A stretch of DNA of 64,000 nucleotides. Source: Terriglobia bacterium (lineage in GTDB: Bacteria; Acidobacteriota; Terriglobia; 20CM-2-55-15). Below are positions 29,825-38,294 of this stretch, in pieces. The position numbers and the translations under genes are program-made. The notes under the pieces are model-generated. The model was not told where the DNA came from and made no database searches. It worked only from the letters and a program-made list of their open reading frames with translations. Numbering within the stretch: the stretch's first letter is position 1; every line of letters starts with the position of its first letter. The stretch is taken from contig CBDAOY010000008.1 of the NCBI GenBank assembly GCA_965198225.1, forward strand, positions 608,001-672,000, read 5' to 3'.

Positions 29825-30052
29825 CGTGTCGATTCCGTCACCGTATGGGAATCGGGCGGTGGTTCCAACGGGAAGACCAACACGGCGGAGTTTATCTCAG
29901 GCCTGATCGGTTCGCTTCCCCCCCTCCACGAGCTGACGAAGAACGTCGGAATCAAGCTTCCCGAATACCTGGGGCAGATGATGACGGACGCTGGGGCAGG
30001 TGAAGAAGTGGACGCTGCGGAGAGTAGGGAAGACCAGACGGGAAGCGAATAG
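28541..30052 (+). CDS. istA: IS21 transposase IstA with foreign C-terminus
   Basis: GEEAQVDYG, LFVMTLGYSR, IVLDNL and PDRKGKVESGV motifs. Homology stops near RQKRGGYRV. Confidence 0.85.
   Translation: MSNVLSTEKREQVVALGRLGWPLRRIEQTTGVRRETASAYLRAAGIPIRPPGSWGRRPAKPANEVTTDPDGVNGVVEGFGGSDTSKPANEVTTDPEAENPVSAESSAPPPSPPSGSSCEPYRETIQQALERGRNAMAIWQDLVTDHGFVGSYESVKRFVRKLRGVRSPEAVGIIQTGAGEEAQVDYGTGPMVRDPKTGKYRRTRLFVMTLGYSRKSVRLLTFKSSSRIWAQLHETAFRRLGGTPRLIVLDNLREGVIVPDHYDPTLNPLFRDVLTHYGVVAMPCRVRDPDRKGKVESGVGHAQKTPLKGQRFESLDQAQGYLDRWEVRWADTRIHGTTKRQVAAMFAEEKPSLKPLPIEPFRYYQFGERVVHLDGCVEVEAAYYSVPPGWIGRGVKVQWDTLHVRILDPNTYPLLREHVRQKRGGYRVRVDSVTVWESGGGSNGKTNTAEFISGLIGSLPPLHELTKNVGIKLPEYLGQMMTDAGAGEEVDAAESREDQTGSE
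29825..30052 (+). pseudogene. 3' remnant of a flotillin/SPFH-like gene fused in frame to istA
   Basis: VDSVTVWESGGGSNGKTNTAEFISGLIGSLPPLHELTKNVGIKLPEYLG resembles flotillin C-termini (recognised by eye). Confidence 0.6.
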
Positions 30053-30093
30053 AATTGAACTGTTCACAGGATATCGAGGTACCGGAGAAACAC

Positions 30094-31134
30094 ATGAGAG
30101 CCGTTTGGAAACGCTCGGTGGGCAGCTTTCAGCCAACTGTATTTGCTGCCATCTTATTCACGCTTCTAGTGTCCACTCTTGCCCTGGCACAGGGGAACGA
30201 GCCTCCCAGCGAACCGCCGGCCCATTGGGGTCCCATCTCTTCCACCATGGAAGAGATCCCCTACCCTCACCCAGTTCAGTATCTAGACTTCAACATATTT
30301 GGGCAGGACCTGAAGCTCGCCTACATGGATGTGAGGCCCGAGGGAGAGGCGAATGGCCAGACCGCAATGCTCTTCCACGGCATGAACTTCACCGGAAAGG
30401 CCTTTGAGGTGACGATCGACGCCTTGAGGGCCGCGGGGTTCCGCGTGATCGTTCCCGATCGCATCGGCTACGGGCGTTCCTCGAAGCCCGATATTCCCTA
30501 CAACCTCCATGTCTTCACATCAAACGCGAAATCCCTGCTGGATCACCTCGAGGTTCCCGAAGTTGCCATCGTCGGGCACTCCATGGGCGGAATGGTCGCC
30601 ACTCGATTCGCGATGTCGTATCCGGACACGACCACCCACGTGGTAATGGTCAACCAGATTGGAATGACCGATCAGCGCCAGAGTCGCACCTGGCGGGATA
30701 TCGAGGAAGTCTATAAGGGAATTCTCGGCACAAGCTACCAATCCATCCTGCGCAACCACATTCGCTACTATCCGACGTGGAAGCCCGAGTACCTGGAGTG
30801 GGTCAGGCTGCAGTACGGTCTAACGCTCACCAGTGAGTGGCCCTTGCTGGCAAGAATCCGGGCCTGGCAGACGCAGATCCTCTTCTTCGATCCGGTCGTC
30901 TACGATTGGCAGCACATCAAGACCAAGGCGTTGGTCATGGGAGGAGCGGCCGACGCGCTCACCCGGGATTACGCTGCGGCTGCGCGCCAAGTTGCTGAAA
31001 CGCTCCCCAACGCGGAGCTAGTCCTGTTTCCGGGAATCGGACACAACCCGCAGTTCGAGATCCCGGATGAGTATCACGCCGAGTTGATCCGTTTCCTCCG
31101 CTCCGACCCCACCGTTCCGGCGAAGTCCAACTAA
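30094..31134 (+). CDS. Secreted alpha/beta-fold hydrolase
   Basis: Signal peptide, LFHG, PDRIGYGRSSKP, nucleophile elbow GHSMGG and GIGHNP. GGAGA RBS before ATG 30094. Confidence 0.88.
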   Translation: MRAVWKRSVGSFQPTVFAAILFTLLVSTLALAQGNEPPSEPPAHWGPISSTMEEIPYPHPVQYLDFNIFGQDLKLAYMDVRPEGEANGQTAMLFHGMNFTGKAFEVTIDALRAAGFRVIVPDRIGYGRSSKPDIPYNLHVFTSNAKSLLDHLEVPEVAIVGHSMGGMVATRFAMSYPDTTTHVVMVNQIGMTDQRQSRTWRDIEEVYKGILGTSYQSILRNHIRYYPTWKPEYLEWVRLQYGLTLTSEWPLLARIRAWQTQILFFDPVVYDWQHIKTKALVMGGAADALTRDYAAAARQVAETLPNAELVLFPGIGHNPQFEIPDEYHAELIRFLRSDPTVPAKSN

Positions 31135-31136
31135 AA

Positions 31137-31205
31137 TGTAGGTGCGCTCTATGAGCGCATATTGTTTCGGCTCGAAGAGTGTGCGGTCATAGACCGCACC
31201 TACAC
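31137..31205. repeat. REPIN-like element
   Basis: TGTAGGTGCGCTCTATGAGCGCAT...GTGCGGTCATAGACCGCACCTACAC between convergent genes. Confidence 0.85.
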
Positions 31206-31217
31206 CTCTCGGCCGTG

Positions 31218-31433
31218 TTACGACGTCGGTGAGACGTGTTGAAGGGGAACGTTTGATTGCGCGGGGTCCAACAGGCCCCGCTCGGAAGCTCCCAGGAATT
31301 CGACACTGACAGGCGCGCCGTCGTCGCCGTAAGCGATGATGACACCGCCGGGTTCTTCGATGGAGTCGAGCGGAGGCGCATCGCGGAGAACAAGAACGAG
31401 CACATCTGCATCGGGGTCGTAGTTGATCCGCAT
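31218..31433 (-). CDS. DUF2283-family putative antitoxin
   Basis: MRINYDPDADVL...GVIIAYGDDGAPVSVEFLGAS pattern; 2 nt downstream of the partner gene. Confidence 0.75.
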   Translation of the reverse strand: MRINYDPDADVLVLVLRDAPPLDSIEEPGGVIIAYGDDGAPVSVEFLGASERGLLDPAQSNVPLQHVSPTS

Positions 31434-31435
31434 CC

Positions 31436-31690
31436 TCAGTCCTCCCAGTACCGTGCGACCTGGCTTGTCCAATAGAGTGTCACGATCTTACGGCGTTCTT
31501 CAACTTCGACGAAAGGAACCCGCAACGGTCCACCTCGGAGCCGGCTCTGTGCTGCACGCACGCCCGCATGGCCCCGAACAATTTGTTGTGGTGCCGAGAT
31601 GACAGCCTCGACTTCGGCCCTCGTTACGTCGCGTGTTTTGTGCCAATCCAACTGCCGTGTTCGAGCGTGCTCGGTCCAGACGATGCACAT
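31436..31690 (-). CDS. DUF4258-family (RelE-like) putative toxin
   Basis: IVWTEHARTR...VTRAEVEAVI..P...LRVPFVE...KIVTLY. Confidence 0.68.
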   Translation of the reverse strand: MCIVWTEHARTRQLDWHKTRDVTRAEVEAVISAPQQIVRGHAGVRAAQSRLRGGPLRVPFVEVEERRKIVTLYWTSQVARYWED

Positions 31691-32442
31691 CGATCGTCCA
31701 GATACAAGTCGAGGCCCATCGGCAAGATACTGTCATATCGCGACGATCGTCCCGAGAGTCGCGGAAACCGGTCCGAATTAGACTCCGAAAGGTAGGACAA
31801 TGTGGAGAATTCATGACGGGATGAGCACCTGTGTTTTCAGAGGAGTCGGTGCCGTCACGCAGAGCGGCTGAAGGCGGGCGTTCGGCCGAGGAGCAAGCAG
31901 GAAGGTGCCTGAGACAGCTGGAAGACGGAGGAGGGTGAACCCGTGGATCCCGAACTGATCACGACGCTGATTTCTAATGGCGATAGGCTGCCATCAAGGA
32001 GAGACGCGTTTGAGTGGGTGCGTTCGAAGCTCGATTATCCACAAGGCTCCGCTGCAACTGGATGGGCCACTCCCGTGGCGTTCCGACAAGTTGGCGTGGG
32101 AAGCGACAGGGGATGGTAATCGTGGGTGTAACCGAAAACCTGGCACGGCACGCAAAGACCCCAGCCTTCGGTACCGATTCCGCCGCTCCCCACGTCGCTC
32201 TTTATCGCTGGTACTGGTTCCATTGTCAAGGATCGCGTTCCCCGATGTAGAGTCGCCAGATGTGGAAGGGAGCGATGCGGTGAGTATGAAGCGGGTCGCC
32301 CGAGCTTGATCCCCGGACGTTCCCACTCCAGCTGGAGTGTTGCCGAGAGGTAGTGGATAGAATCCAGGCCACATTGATAGAATCCAAGTGCGTCCAGCGT
32401 GGCCGATGACCCGATATCCGGCCAACATGGCGCGACAGTTCA

Positions 32443-33870
32443 ATGATTCGCCAACTCATCGGCAACCTGACCTCACCGCTTTTCTTAAAGAAGTTCGCCC
32501 TGTCCCAGGAGGAATGGACCCGATCGTTACGCGGCAACAAGTCAGAGTTCGCGGAGTTTCTGGATTCTTTACAGAAGCATCTGTACGAAGCCTTGATGCG
32601 GGGTTACGGGATCGATCCGTTCTGCAAGCTGTTGGCGATGCGACTTTCCAACCTTGCAGCCGCTAAGTATCACTATCTGCACCGTCACAGCGTTCTGCTG
32701 TCAAAGCCGATTCAACTGACGGTCGATACGACTAACGCCTGCCAGCTTCAATGTCCTGCCTGTGTCCATACGGCCAACAAAGCGTATGCGGCGCTGTTCG
32801 ACTGGCCCAAATCAACCCTGCCTCTTTCCACGTACCAGGACTTCCTGTCGCAATTTGGGGTATTCGGGTTCTGTGCAACGCTCTACAGCTATGGGGAGCC
32901 CCTGCTCAACCGACAGTTCCCGGACTTCGTTCGAGAGTCGAAGAAATATCTTCTTTTCACACTGGTCTCGACAAACCTGTCGATGCCGAAGCTGGACGCC
33001 GAAGCCATTGTTGCCTCCGGCCTGGATCGGATGGTCTTGTCCATCGATGGAACGACGCAGAGCGCATACGAGCGTTATCGTCGGCGTGGTGATCTGACGC
33101 TTGTTCTCGATAACGTGCGCCGCCTGGTAACGGCGAAGAAGAAAAGTCGGTCGGCGACCCCGTACTTGGTCTGGCAGTTCTTGACCTTCGAACACAATGT
33201 GCATCAAGTCGAAGATGCCATTTCGATGGCAAGAGAATTGGGCATCGATGAAGTCATGATCGAGACCCCGTTTAGTCCTCACGAAGACGATCCCGAGATT
33301 CGATCAGTGGCGTCTCCCCATCAGGGAACATACCGGCTGTCCAGGTGGAATGGGCGCTGGTGTTCGTCTGCAAAGAGAAAAGCCGTCGCAGAGCGGGCCG
33401 CACAGATCGATGCAGCGTTCGGGTATTCGTGGCAGGAACGTTTGCTGGGTGCCGCCGCCGAAGCAGACGATGAGATCCCGAATCGCGGAACTTGTGAGTG
33501 GCTATACAACAACATCACCATGGACGGGGCCGCACGGGTCATGCCCTGCTGTATGGCGCCGGACAAGAACGAAAAGCACTTGGTCTTTCAGCATTTTGAT
33601 GGCTCGAGTGTGCATCCGGAGGACACGGTCAACTCATCGATGGCGACGCTTGCACGTACGGCTTTCGCCAGTCCGGAATCGTATGCGGCCGCTGCGAGAG
33701 ACGTGGATTCCAGCCAACGACCCTATTGCGCCAGTTGTCAGGAGCAGCCGTCATCCCCGTATAAGCTCGAAAACGTAGCCCACGACATGCGAACACTGGA
33801 TGAGAGACGTGTGGTGAGCCCGATTCTCGTGTCGGAACTTGCCAACTGGGGCTCGATGTCAGGATCGTAA
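32443..33870 (+). CDS. Radical SAM protein with SPASM/twitch-like C-terminal domain
   Basis: CQLQCPAC (CX3CX2C), YGEPLLN, VSTN, SIDG; C-terminal CEWLY...VMPCC...CASC. Confidence 0.88.
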   Translation: MIRQLIGNLTSPLFLKKFALSQEEWTRSLRGNKSEFAEFLDSLQKHLYEALMRGYGIDPFCKLLAMRLSNLAAAKYHYLHRHSVLLSKPIQLTVDTTNACQLQCPACVHTANKAYAALFDWPKSTLPLSTYQDFLSQFGVFGFCATLYSYGEPLLNRQFPDFVRESKKYLLFTLVSTNLSMPKLDAEAIVASGLDRMVLSIDGTTQSAYERYRRRGDLTLVLDNVRRLVTAKKKSRSATPYLVWQFLTFEHNVHQVEDAISMARELGIDEVMIETPFSPHEDDPEIRSVASPHQGTYRLSRWNGRWCSSAKRKAVAERAAQIDAAFGYSWQERLLGAAAEADDEIPNRGTCEWLYNNITMDGAARVMPCCMAPDKNEKHLVFQHFDGSSVHPEDTVNSSMATLARTAFASPESYAAAARDVDSSQRPYCASCQEQPSSPYKLENVAHDMRTLDERRVVSPILVSELANWGSMSGS

Positions 33871-33971
33871 ACCGACGGTGTGCAGATGTGCGAAGAATGC
33901 TGTGACTGCTGTACTACCTACAGCGTAAAGCTTGGACTCTGTTCCATCCTTACAACTTGCTGAAAACAAAG

Positions 33972-34013
33972 TGAGCCGTGCTGGGCTCGAAGCAGCGACC
34001 CTCTGCATAGAAG
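33972..34013 (-). other. att-like duplicate of the 3' half of tRNA-Lys
   Basis: 39/42 nt identical to 36348-36389, in the same orientation. Confidence 0.85.
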
Positions 34014-34166
34014 ACGGATCGTGTCATGTTCCAGAAGTGACTGAACAAAAGCTACTTATTGTCTCACTACGATTGGCGGATCCCCCGGAACACGGCTTTC
34101 GATGACACCTACGTCTTGTAAAGGTAAAGGTGAAACGAATGTGATGACGTTCAAAGGAGAGAAACC

Positions 34167-35621
34167 ATGGGTATTAGAGTGAAGATATTATTGGCGACCT
34201 TGTGCGCTCTTGCTTTCGTCGGTTGCGGCGGCACAGCCCCGCCGGTCCAGGATAGTGCACCCAGTACGACGATCACGCCGCAAACTATTCCCGAGGGGTA
34301 TGGCTTTCCCGGTGATCGTGACGTCGTCCAGCAGTGGGCGAACGAGTGGGAGATTGACTTGATCACCGGCAAAGCGTGGGACTTGTGGGGCGGCATGACT
34401 GCTGACACCGACCAGATTTGGGAAGGGGACAGGCTACCCGTGTGGGAGACCTGGTGTGGGACGGACGAGACGTTCAATAAGACCTGCGACAGCCAGCAAC
34501 GTCCCAGCCGCGGTTTTAAGCAAGCCGCACAGCTCAGTCACAGTGTGCCCCTTGGGGGTGAGGCGGCGTTGCGTCTCGTTACGTTCAACAAGTTCAACCC
34601 GTCGATGGCAGGATTCCTAGCCGAGATGCACGCCGGGCCTGGCGGTGAATACGACTACACGCTGAAAGACAGCTTATCAAGCCTGAATCAAGCGTGGCCC
34701 GCCGGTACGCCGGTCGCCAATCGAAAGATTCAAGAAACGCCTTACGTTGAGGGAGTGACCGCGGCCATCGAGACCAAGCCGGTGATGTTCTTGGTGAAGC
34801 AAGATCAGCTGACACCGGTTCCGTTATGGCAAGGACCACAAGACAGCGTGCCTGCGAGGCAACCGAGCCAGGGGAACAACTGCGTGGATGTGACAGATGG
34901 CAATAGTGCCAATGCCGTCAATTGCCATCCGGATCCAACCACCTGGCTCACATGCGTCTTGGTCGATCCGAATCTGCCGGGTGCGCCGGCCGACGCGATA
35001 CCGGTGCCTGCGACTGCGCAGCAGATCGAAGGTGCTGTTCGAAACCCGGAATTGGCGTGCGAGAGCTTTTTGTACATACCAATCAGCACTATCTATCACA
35101 CGAGGTTGGATGCTTCTGAAGCCGCCGCCTTCAACCGAGTGCAGCAAGAAGCGGGCATCCAAGCGAGCGCAGGCGACTATTCTGTGCTCACGGCCATGCA
35201 CGTGAATACCAAAGAGATCATCAACTGGACATGGCAGACGTACTGGTGGCAGCCTGGTGGGGACGCCCCGAACGATTACCCCGGCAACAAGGGGGGGATG
35301 ACAGACCAGGTCAGGAATGAGTGGCGAAACTACGCCATGTGCACGGCCTACAACCAAACCCAGGGGACAACAAGCTCGGACATCCAGATCTGCTTCAACC
35401 CTTTTCTGGAGACTTCGTCCGGAATTCCGGACGGACTACAGAGCAACTGCATGAGCTGTCACGGGACTGGCACCGTCGGCACGATGGCCGACGAAAGGCT
35501 GCCATTGCTAAGTTACCCGAGCAGGTACACGACACCGATTGATTTCAATAACGACCCCATATTTGCACCATACACGCGCACTGACTTTTCTTGGGCGATT
35601 CCCGGAGATGCTCGTGAATAG
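34167..35621 (+). CDS. Putative lipoprotein with C-terminal CxxCH heme-c motif
   Basis: AGGAG RBS, lipobox LAFVGC and NCMSCHG; Cys/Trp-rich. Confidence 0.7.
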   Translation: MGIRVKILLATLCALAFVGCGGTAPPVQDSAPSTTITPQTIPEGYGFPGDRDVVQQWANEWEIDLITGKAWDLWGGMTADTDQIWEGDRLPVWETWCGTDETFNKTCDSQQRPSRGFKQAAQLSHSVPLGGEAALRLVTFNKFNPSMAGFLAEMHAGPGGEYDYTLKDSLSSLNQAWPAGTPVANRKIQETPYVEGVTAAIETKPVMFLVKQDQLTPVPLWQGPQDSVPARQPSQGNNCVDVTDGNSANAVNCHPDPTTWLTCVLVDPNLPGAPADAIPVPATAQQIEGAVRNPELACESFLYIPISTIYHTRLDASEAAAFNRVQQEAGIQASAGDYSVLTAMHVNTKEIINWTWQTYWWQPGGDAPNDYPGNKGGMTDQVRNEWRNYAMCTAYNQTQGTTSSDIQICFNPFLETSSGIPDGLQSNCMSCHGTGTVGTMADERLPLLSYPSRYTTPIDFNNDPIFAPYTRTDFSWAIPGDARE

Positions 35622-35680
35622 AAAGAGTCAAGCACCCTATATAGGGCATTGTCGAGTTAGGTTGACTGATGACCTCTCGA

Positions 35681-36240
35681 GGTACTGTCAACTTGGGCCC
35701 ATAACTGACAGACTGGCCCTGTGAAATCGATCCGATCCCGCTATCACGGATGTCGCTGTCCAGTCGAAATCATCAGTCATGCCGTCTGGCTCTACTACAG
35801 ATTCGGTATCAGCTTCCGAGATGTCGAAGATCTGCTCGCCAAACGGGGAATCACAGTGTCCTACGCGACAATCCACCGGTGGTGCGCGAAGTTCGGGCTC
35901 GACTGTGCCAAGCGTCTGAAGCGACGACAAGGTCGACTCGGAGATACATGGTTCCTGGCCGAAGTTTTCGTCAGGATCAACGGTGAACGGTAATATCTGT
36001 GGCGTGCCGTGGATCAAGACGGAGACGTGATCGATATCCTCGTTCAGTTGCGGCGCAACCGTTGTGCAGCGGAGCGTTTCTTTCGCAAGCTCTTGAAGGG
36101 GCAAGGAACGGTTCCGTTTCGCCTGGTCACCGATAGGTTGAAGAGTTGCGGCGCGGCACTCCGGACGATCATTCCTTCGGTGAACCATGACACCGCACGG
36201 TATGCCAACAACCGCGCTGAAGTTTCACACCAGCCGACCC
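35681..36240 (+). pseudogene. IS6-family transposase pseudogene
   Basis: EIISHAVWLYYRF.ISFRDVEDLLAKRGITVSY, internal TAA at 35991, then LWRAVDQDGDVIDILVQ and YANNRAEVSHQPTR; truncated. IR-like GGTACTGTCAACTT at 35681. Confidence 0.85.
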
Positions 36241-36347
36241 GTCCGCTCGGCCTAAGAAGGAGGCTCGAAAGGGGTTCACGTGGCACCCTATTGGTACCCA
36301 GAGTGAGAACGTCTAGGTGGCGTGATTGTTAGGTCTTTCATTTTCAA

Positions 36348-36420
36348 TGAGCCGTGCTGGGCTCGAACCAGCGACCCTCTGCTTAAAAGGCAGATGCTCT
36401 ACCAACTGAGCTAACGGCCC
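36348..36420 (-). tRNA. tRNA-Lys (anticodon TTT)
   Basis: GGGCCGTTAGCTCAGTTGGTAGAGCATCTGCCTTTTAAGCAGAGGGTCGCTGGTTCGAGCCCAGCACGGCTCA forms a canonical cloverleaf; CCA is not encoded. Confidence 0.96.
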
Positions 36421-36428
36421 ATGCGTGC

Positions 36429-36457
36429 AACCTAACAACTAACTCCTTTAGCCTCAA
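36429..36457 (-). promoter_or_regulatory. Putative sigma70 promoter for tRNA-Lys
   Basis: TTGAGG-N17-TAGGTT with extended TGn, 8 nt before the tRNA 5' end. Confidence 0.4.
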
Positions 36458-36532
36458 CAAATCCTATTTCCATGGCGCGTGAAAAATCGACCTGTTGGCC
36501 TCAAACTGTGCCAAAAATGTGCCCAAAATCGT

Positions 36533-37714
36533 TCAGTTCGGCCTTGCTGTGCTCGAAATCGGTCGATGTTCGTCCGCTTGGCGGTCGAGCTTGGTCAAGG
36601 CCTCTCGCATCATGTTCAGCTTCGCTCGGCTGTAGCGCTTGAATACCGCCGAGTCTCCCTGCCGCAGCATTTGGGTGACAAAATGGTCCGCGACTCCTCC
36701 GGCACTGAGCCGAGTCGCAAAGGTGTGGCGCAACTCGTATAGCGGGAAATGAGGTGCGCCAGCACGCCGCAGTGTCGCCGCCCAAATATTCTTCAGTGAT
36801 CTGATGTAGGGCCGACTGGATTTTGCGCGTGGCGTCGGGAACAGATATTCGCTGGCCGGCGTCGCTTCCATCTGCGCTTGGAACGCCCGGTACGCCAAAT
36901 CCGAAATCGGCATCTCGCCGACCCCGTTTGCCGTCTTGGAGTCCGGGATATAAACCACACGGTTTTCCATATCCACCTGCCATTTCTTCATGGGCATCAG
37001 TTCCTTATAGGGACGGAGCCCCGTCTCAGTGAGAATGACGATCGCGTTACGCAGGTAATCGGGTGCAGAAAACTCAATCCGCTGCTGCTCGCTGGCCGTC
37101 ATGTAGTGAGGCTTTTTGGTTGCGTTCCACAATGGAACCGGAAATTCAACCGCACTACAGGGGTTCGTATCCAAACATTTCTTCTTCACCGCAACATTCA
37201 GAATCCGCTTCAAAATGCGGAATTCCTGGTGCACAGTGGCCGGCTTGAGCTTTCCCACAAGCCGGGTTCCGAACTTCGTGCGTACCCTCCTTCCTGAGCA
37301 CAAGCGCCCAGCGATGTAATCCTCGATCGCATCTGCGGTCACTTCCGTTAAGGGAATCTTACCGAATGCCGGTCGCAGAAACTTGAGGGCATTGAGATTC
37401 TCCGTGTGGGTCTTTTCCGAGCGGAAGGGAGGCTTGGAACGTCTTTCCAGAAACCAATCAGCCCATTGGTCAAAGGTTAGTTTTTGGCCGGCCAGAATGG
37501 CGGGTAACCTTCCCTCGTCCCTGGCATCCAACCGGTCTCGCAGAAGGCGGTTTGCTTCTTGTTCATCTGCGGTTCCCGTCGATTCCCTCCGAAGCTTTCC
37601 TTCCCGGTCCCGGTAGCGCATCCACCAAAACGCGGAACCCTTGCGTTGGAAGATGCTCCCCTCTCGGATCTTCGGTCTTCCTCTTCTCTTGTTCATCGAT
37701 TCCTCCATTGACAT
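36533..37714 (-). CDS. int: Tyrosine recombinase/integrase
   Basis: N-terminal arm-binding region (GSIFQRKGSAFWWMRY); TGLRP, SKT, YELRHTFATRL and RYS catalytic motifs. The start may be 37696. Confidence 0.92.
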   Translation of the reverse strand: MSMEESMNKRRGRPKIREGSIFQRKGSAFWWMRYRDREGKLRRESTGTADEQEANRLLRDRLDARDEGRLPAILAGQKLTFDQWADWFLERRSKPPFRSEKTHTENLNALKFLRPAFGKIPLTEVTADAIEDYIAGRLCSGRRVRTKFGTRLVGKLKPATVHQEFRILKRILNVAVKKKCLDTNPCSAVEFPVPLWNATKKPHYMTASEQQRIEFSAPDYLRNAIVILTETGLRPYKELMPMKKWQVDMENRVVYIPDSKTANGVGEMPISDLAYRAFQAQMEATPASEYLFPTPRAKSSRPYIRSLKNIWAATLRRAGAPHFPLYELRHTFATRLSAGGVADHFVTQMLRQGDSAVFKRYSRAKLNMMREALTKLDRQADEHRPISSTARPN

Positions 37715-37898
37715 GAAATTGCTGGCGCCACTCGGCCAATTCCGACAGTCGGAAGCGGATCGAGCGGCCCATCATGCGGTAATGGGGAATCTGCTTTCGC
37801 TCGACGTAAGCATACACCAGCGATGGGCTGACACCGAGGAACCGGGCGGCTTCCTTCACGGTGATGGGGGTTTCGGTTGCTTCTTTATCAAGGCTCAT
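37563..37898 (-). CDS. Excisionase-like HTH DNA-binding protein
   Basis: ITVKEAARFLGVSPSLVYAYVERKQIPHYRMMGRSIRFRLSELAEW; immediately upstream of and overlapping int. Confidence 0.82.
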   Translation of the reverse strand: MSLDKEATETPITVKEAARFLGVSPSLVYAYVERKQIPHYRMMGRSIRFRLSELAEWRQQFHVNGGIDEQEKRKTEDPRGEHLPTQGFRVLVDALPGPGRKASEGIDGNRR

Positions 37899-37970
37899 CG
37901 TTTCCTCTGCCGAAGAACGGCCCAACGGTGCTCGGCGGGAAGAATTTTTGGGGCTCTTTTCGCGAGTTCA

Positions 37971-38285
37971 CTAATCCCACTCGCCGGTCTCATCCCGTCG
38001 GAGCGCTTCCACGAGTTCCGGATCGCCTTCGCCGCGGCGGATCGAGCGCTCGACCAGATCGACCCGCCGTCCCAGATCGGCGAGTCCGGCTCCGCACGCG
38101 ATGCCATAGAGCGTGGCGGCTATGGCGCCCAGGACCAAGCACAGGTGCAAGGCGATGACCCCGCCATAGTCGGCGAGGATCACCCGCCAGAAGGGCGCGA
38201 GATACTCCAGACGCGAACCGGCAGCGAGGACGGTTACCTCGGCGAGGGCGGCAGTCAGGCCGGCGCTGATTTTCCACGGCTGCAT
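37971..38285 (-). CDS. Small hypothetical membrane protein
   Basis: GGAGG RBS, two hydrophobic segments, co-oriented in the operon. Confidence 0.6.
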   Translation of the reverse strand: MQPWKISAGLTAALAEVTVLAAGSRLEYLAPFWRVILADYGGVIALHLCLVLGAIAATLYGIACGAGLADLGRRVDLVERSIRRGEGDPELVEALRRDETGEWD

Positions 38286-38294
38286 TGGCCTCCC

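Noticed and set aside
33972-34013. Second tRNA gene
   Set aside because: Only the 3' half is present, with mutations in the anticodon loop and T-arm; it is an att scar.
37563-37714. Programmed Xis-Int frameshift fusion suggested by the ORF overlap
   Set aside because: No slippery sequence is evident, and int has its own GGAGG RBS before ATG 37696.
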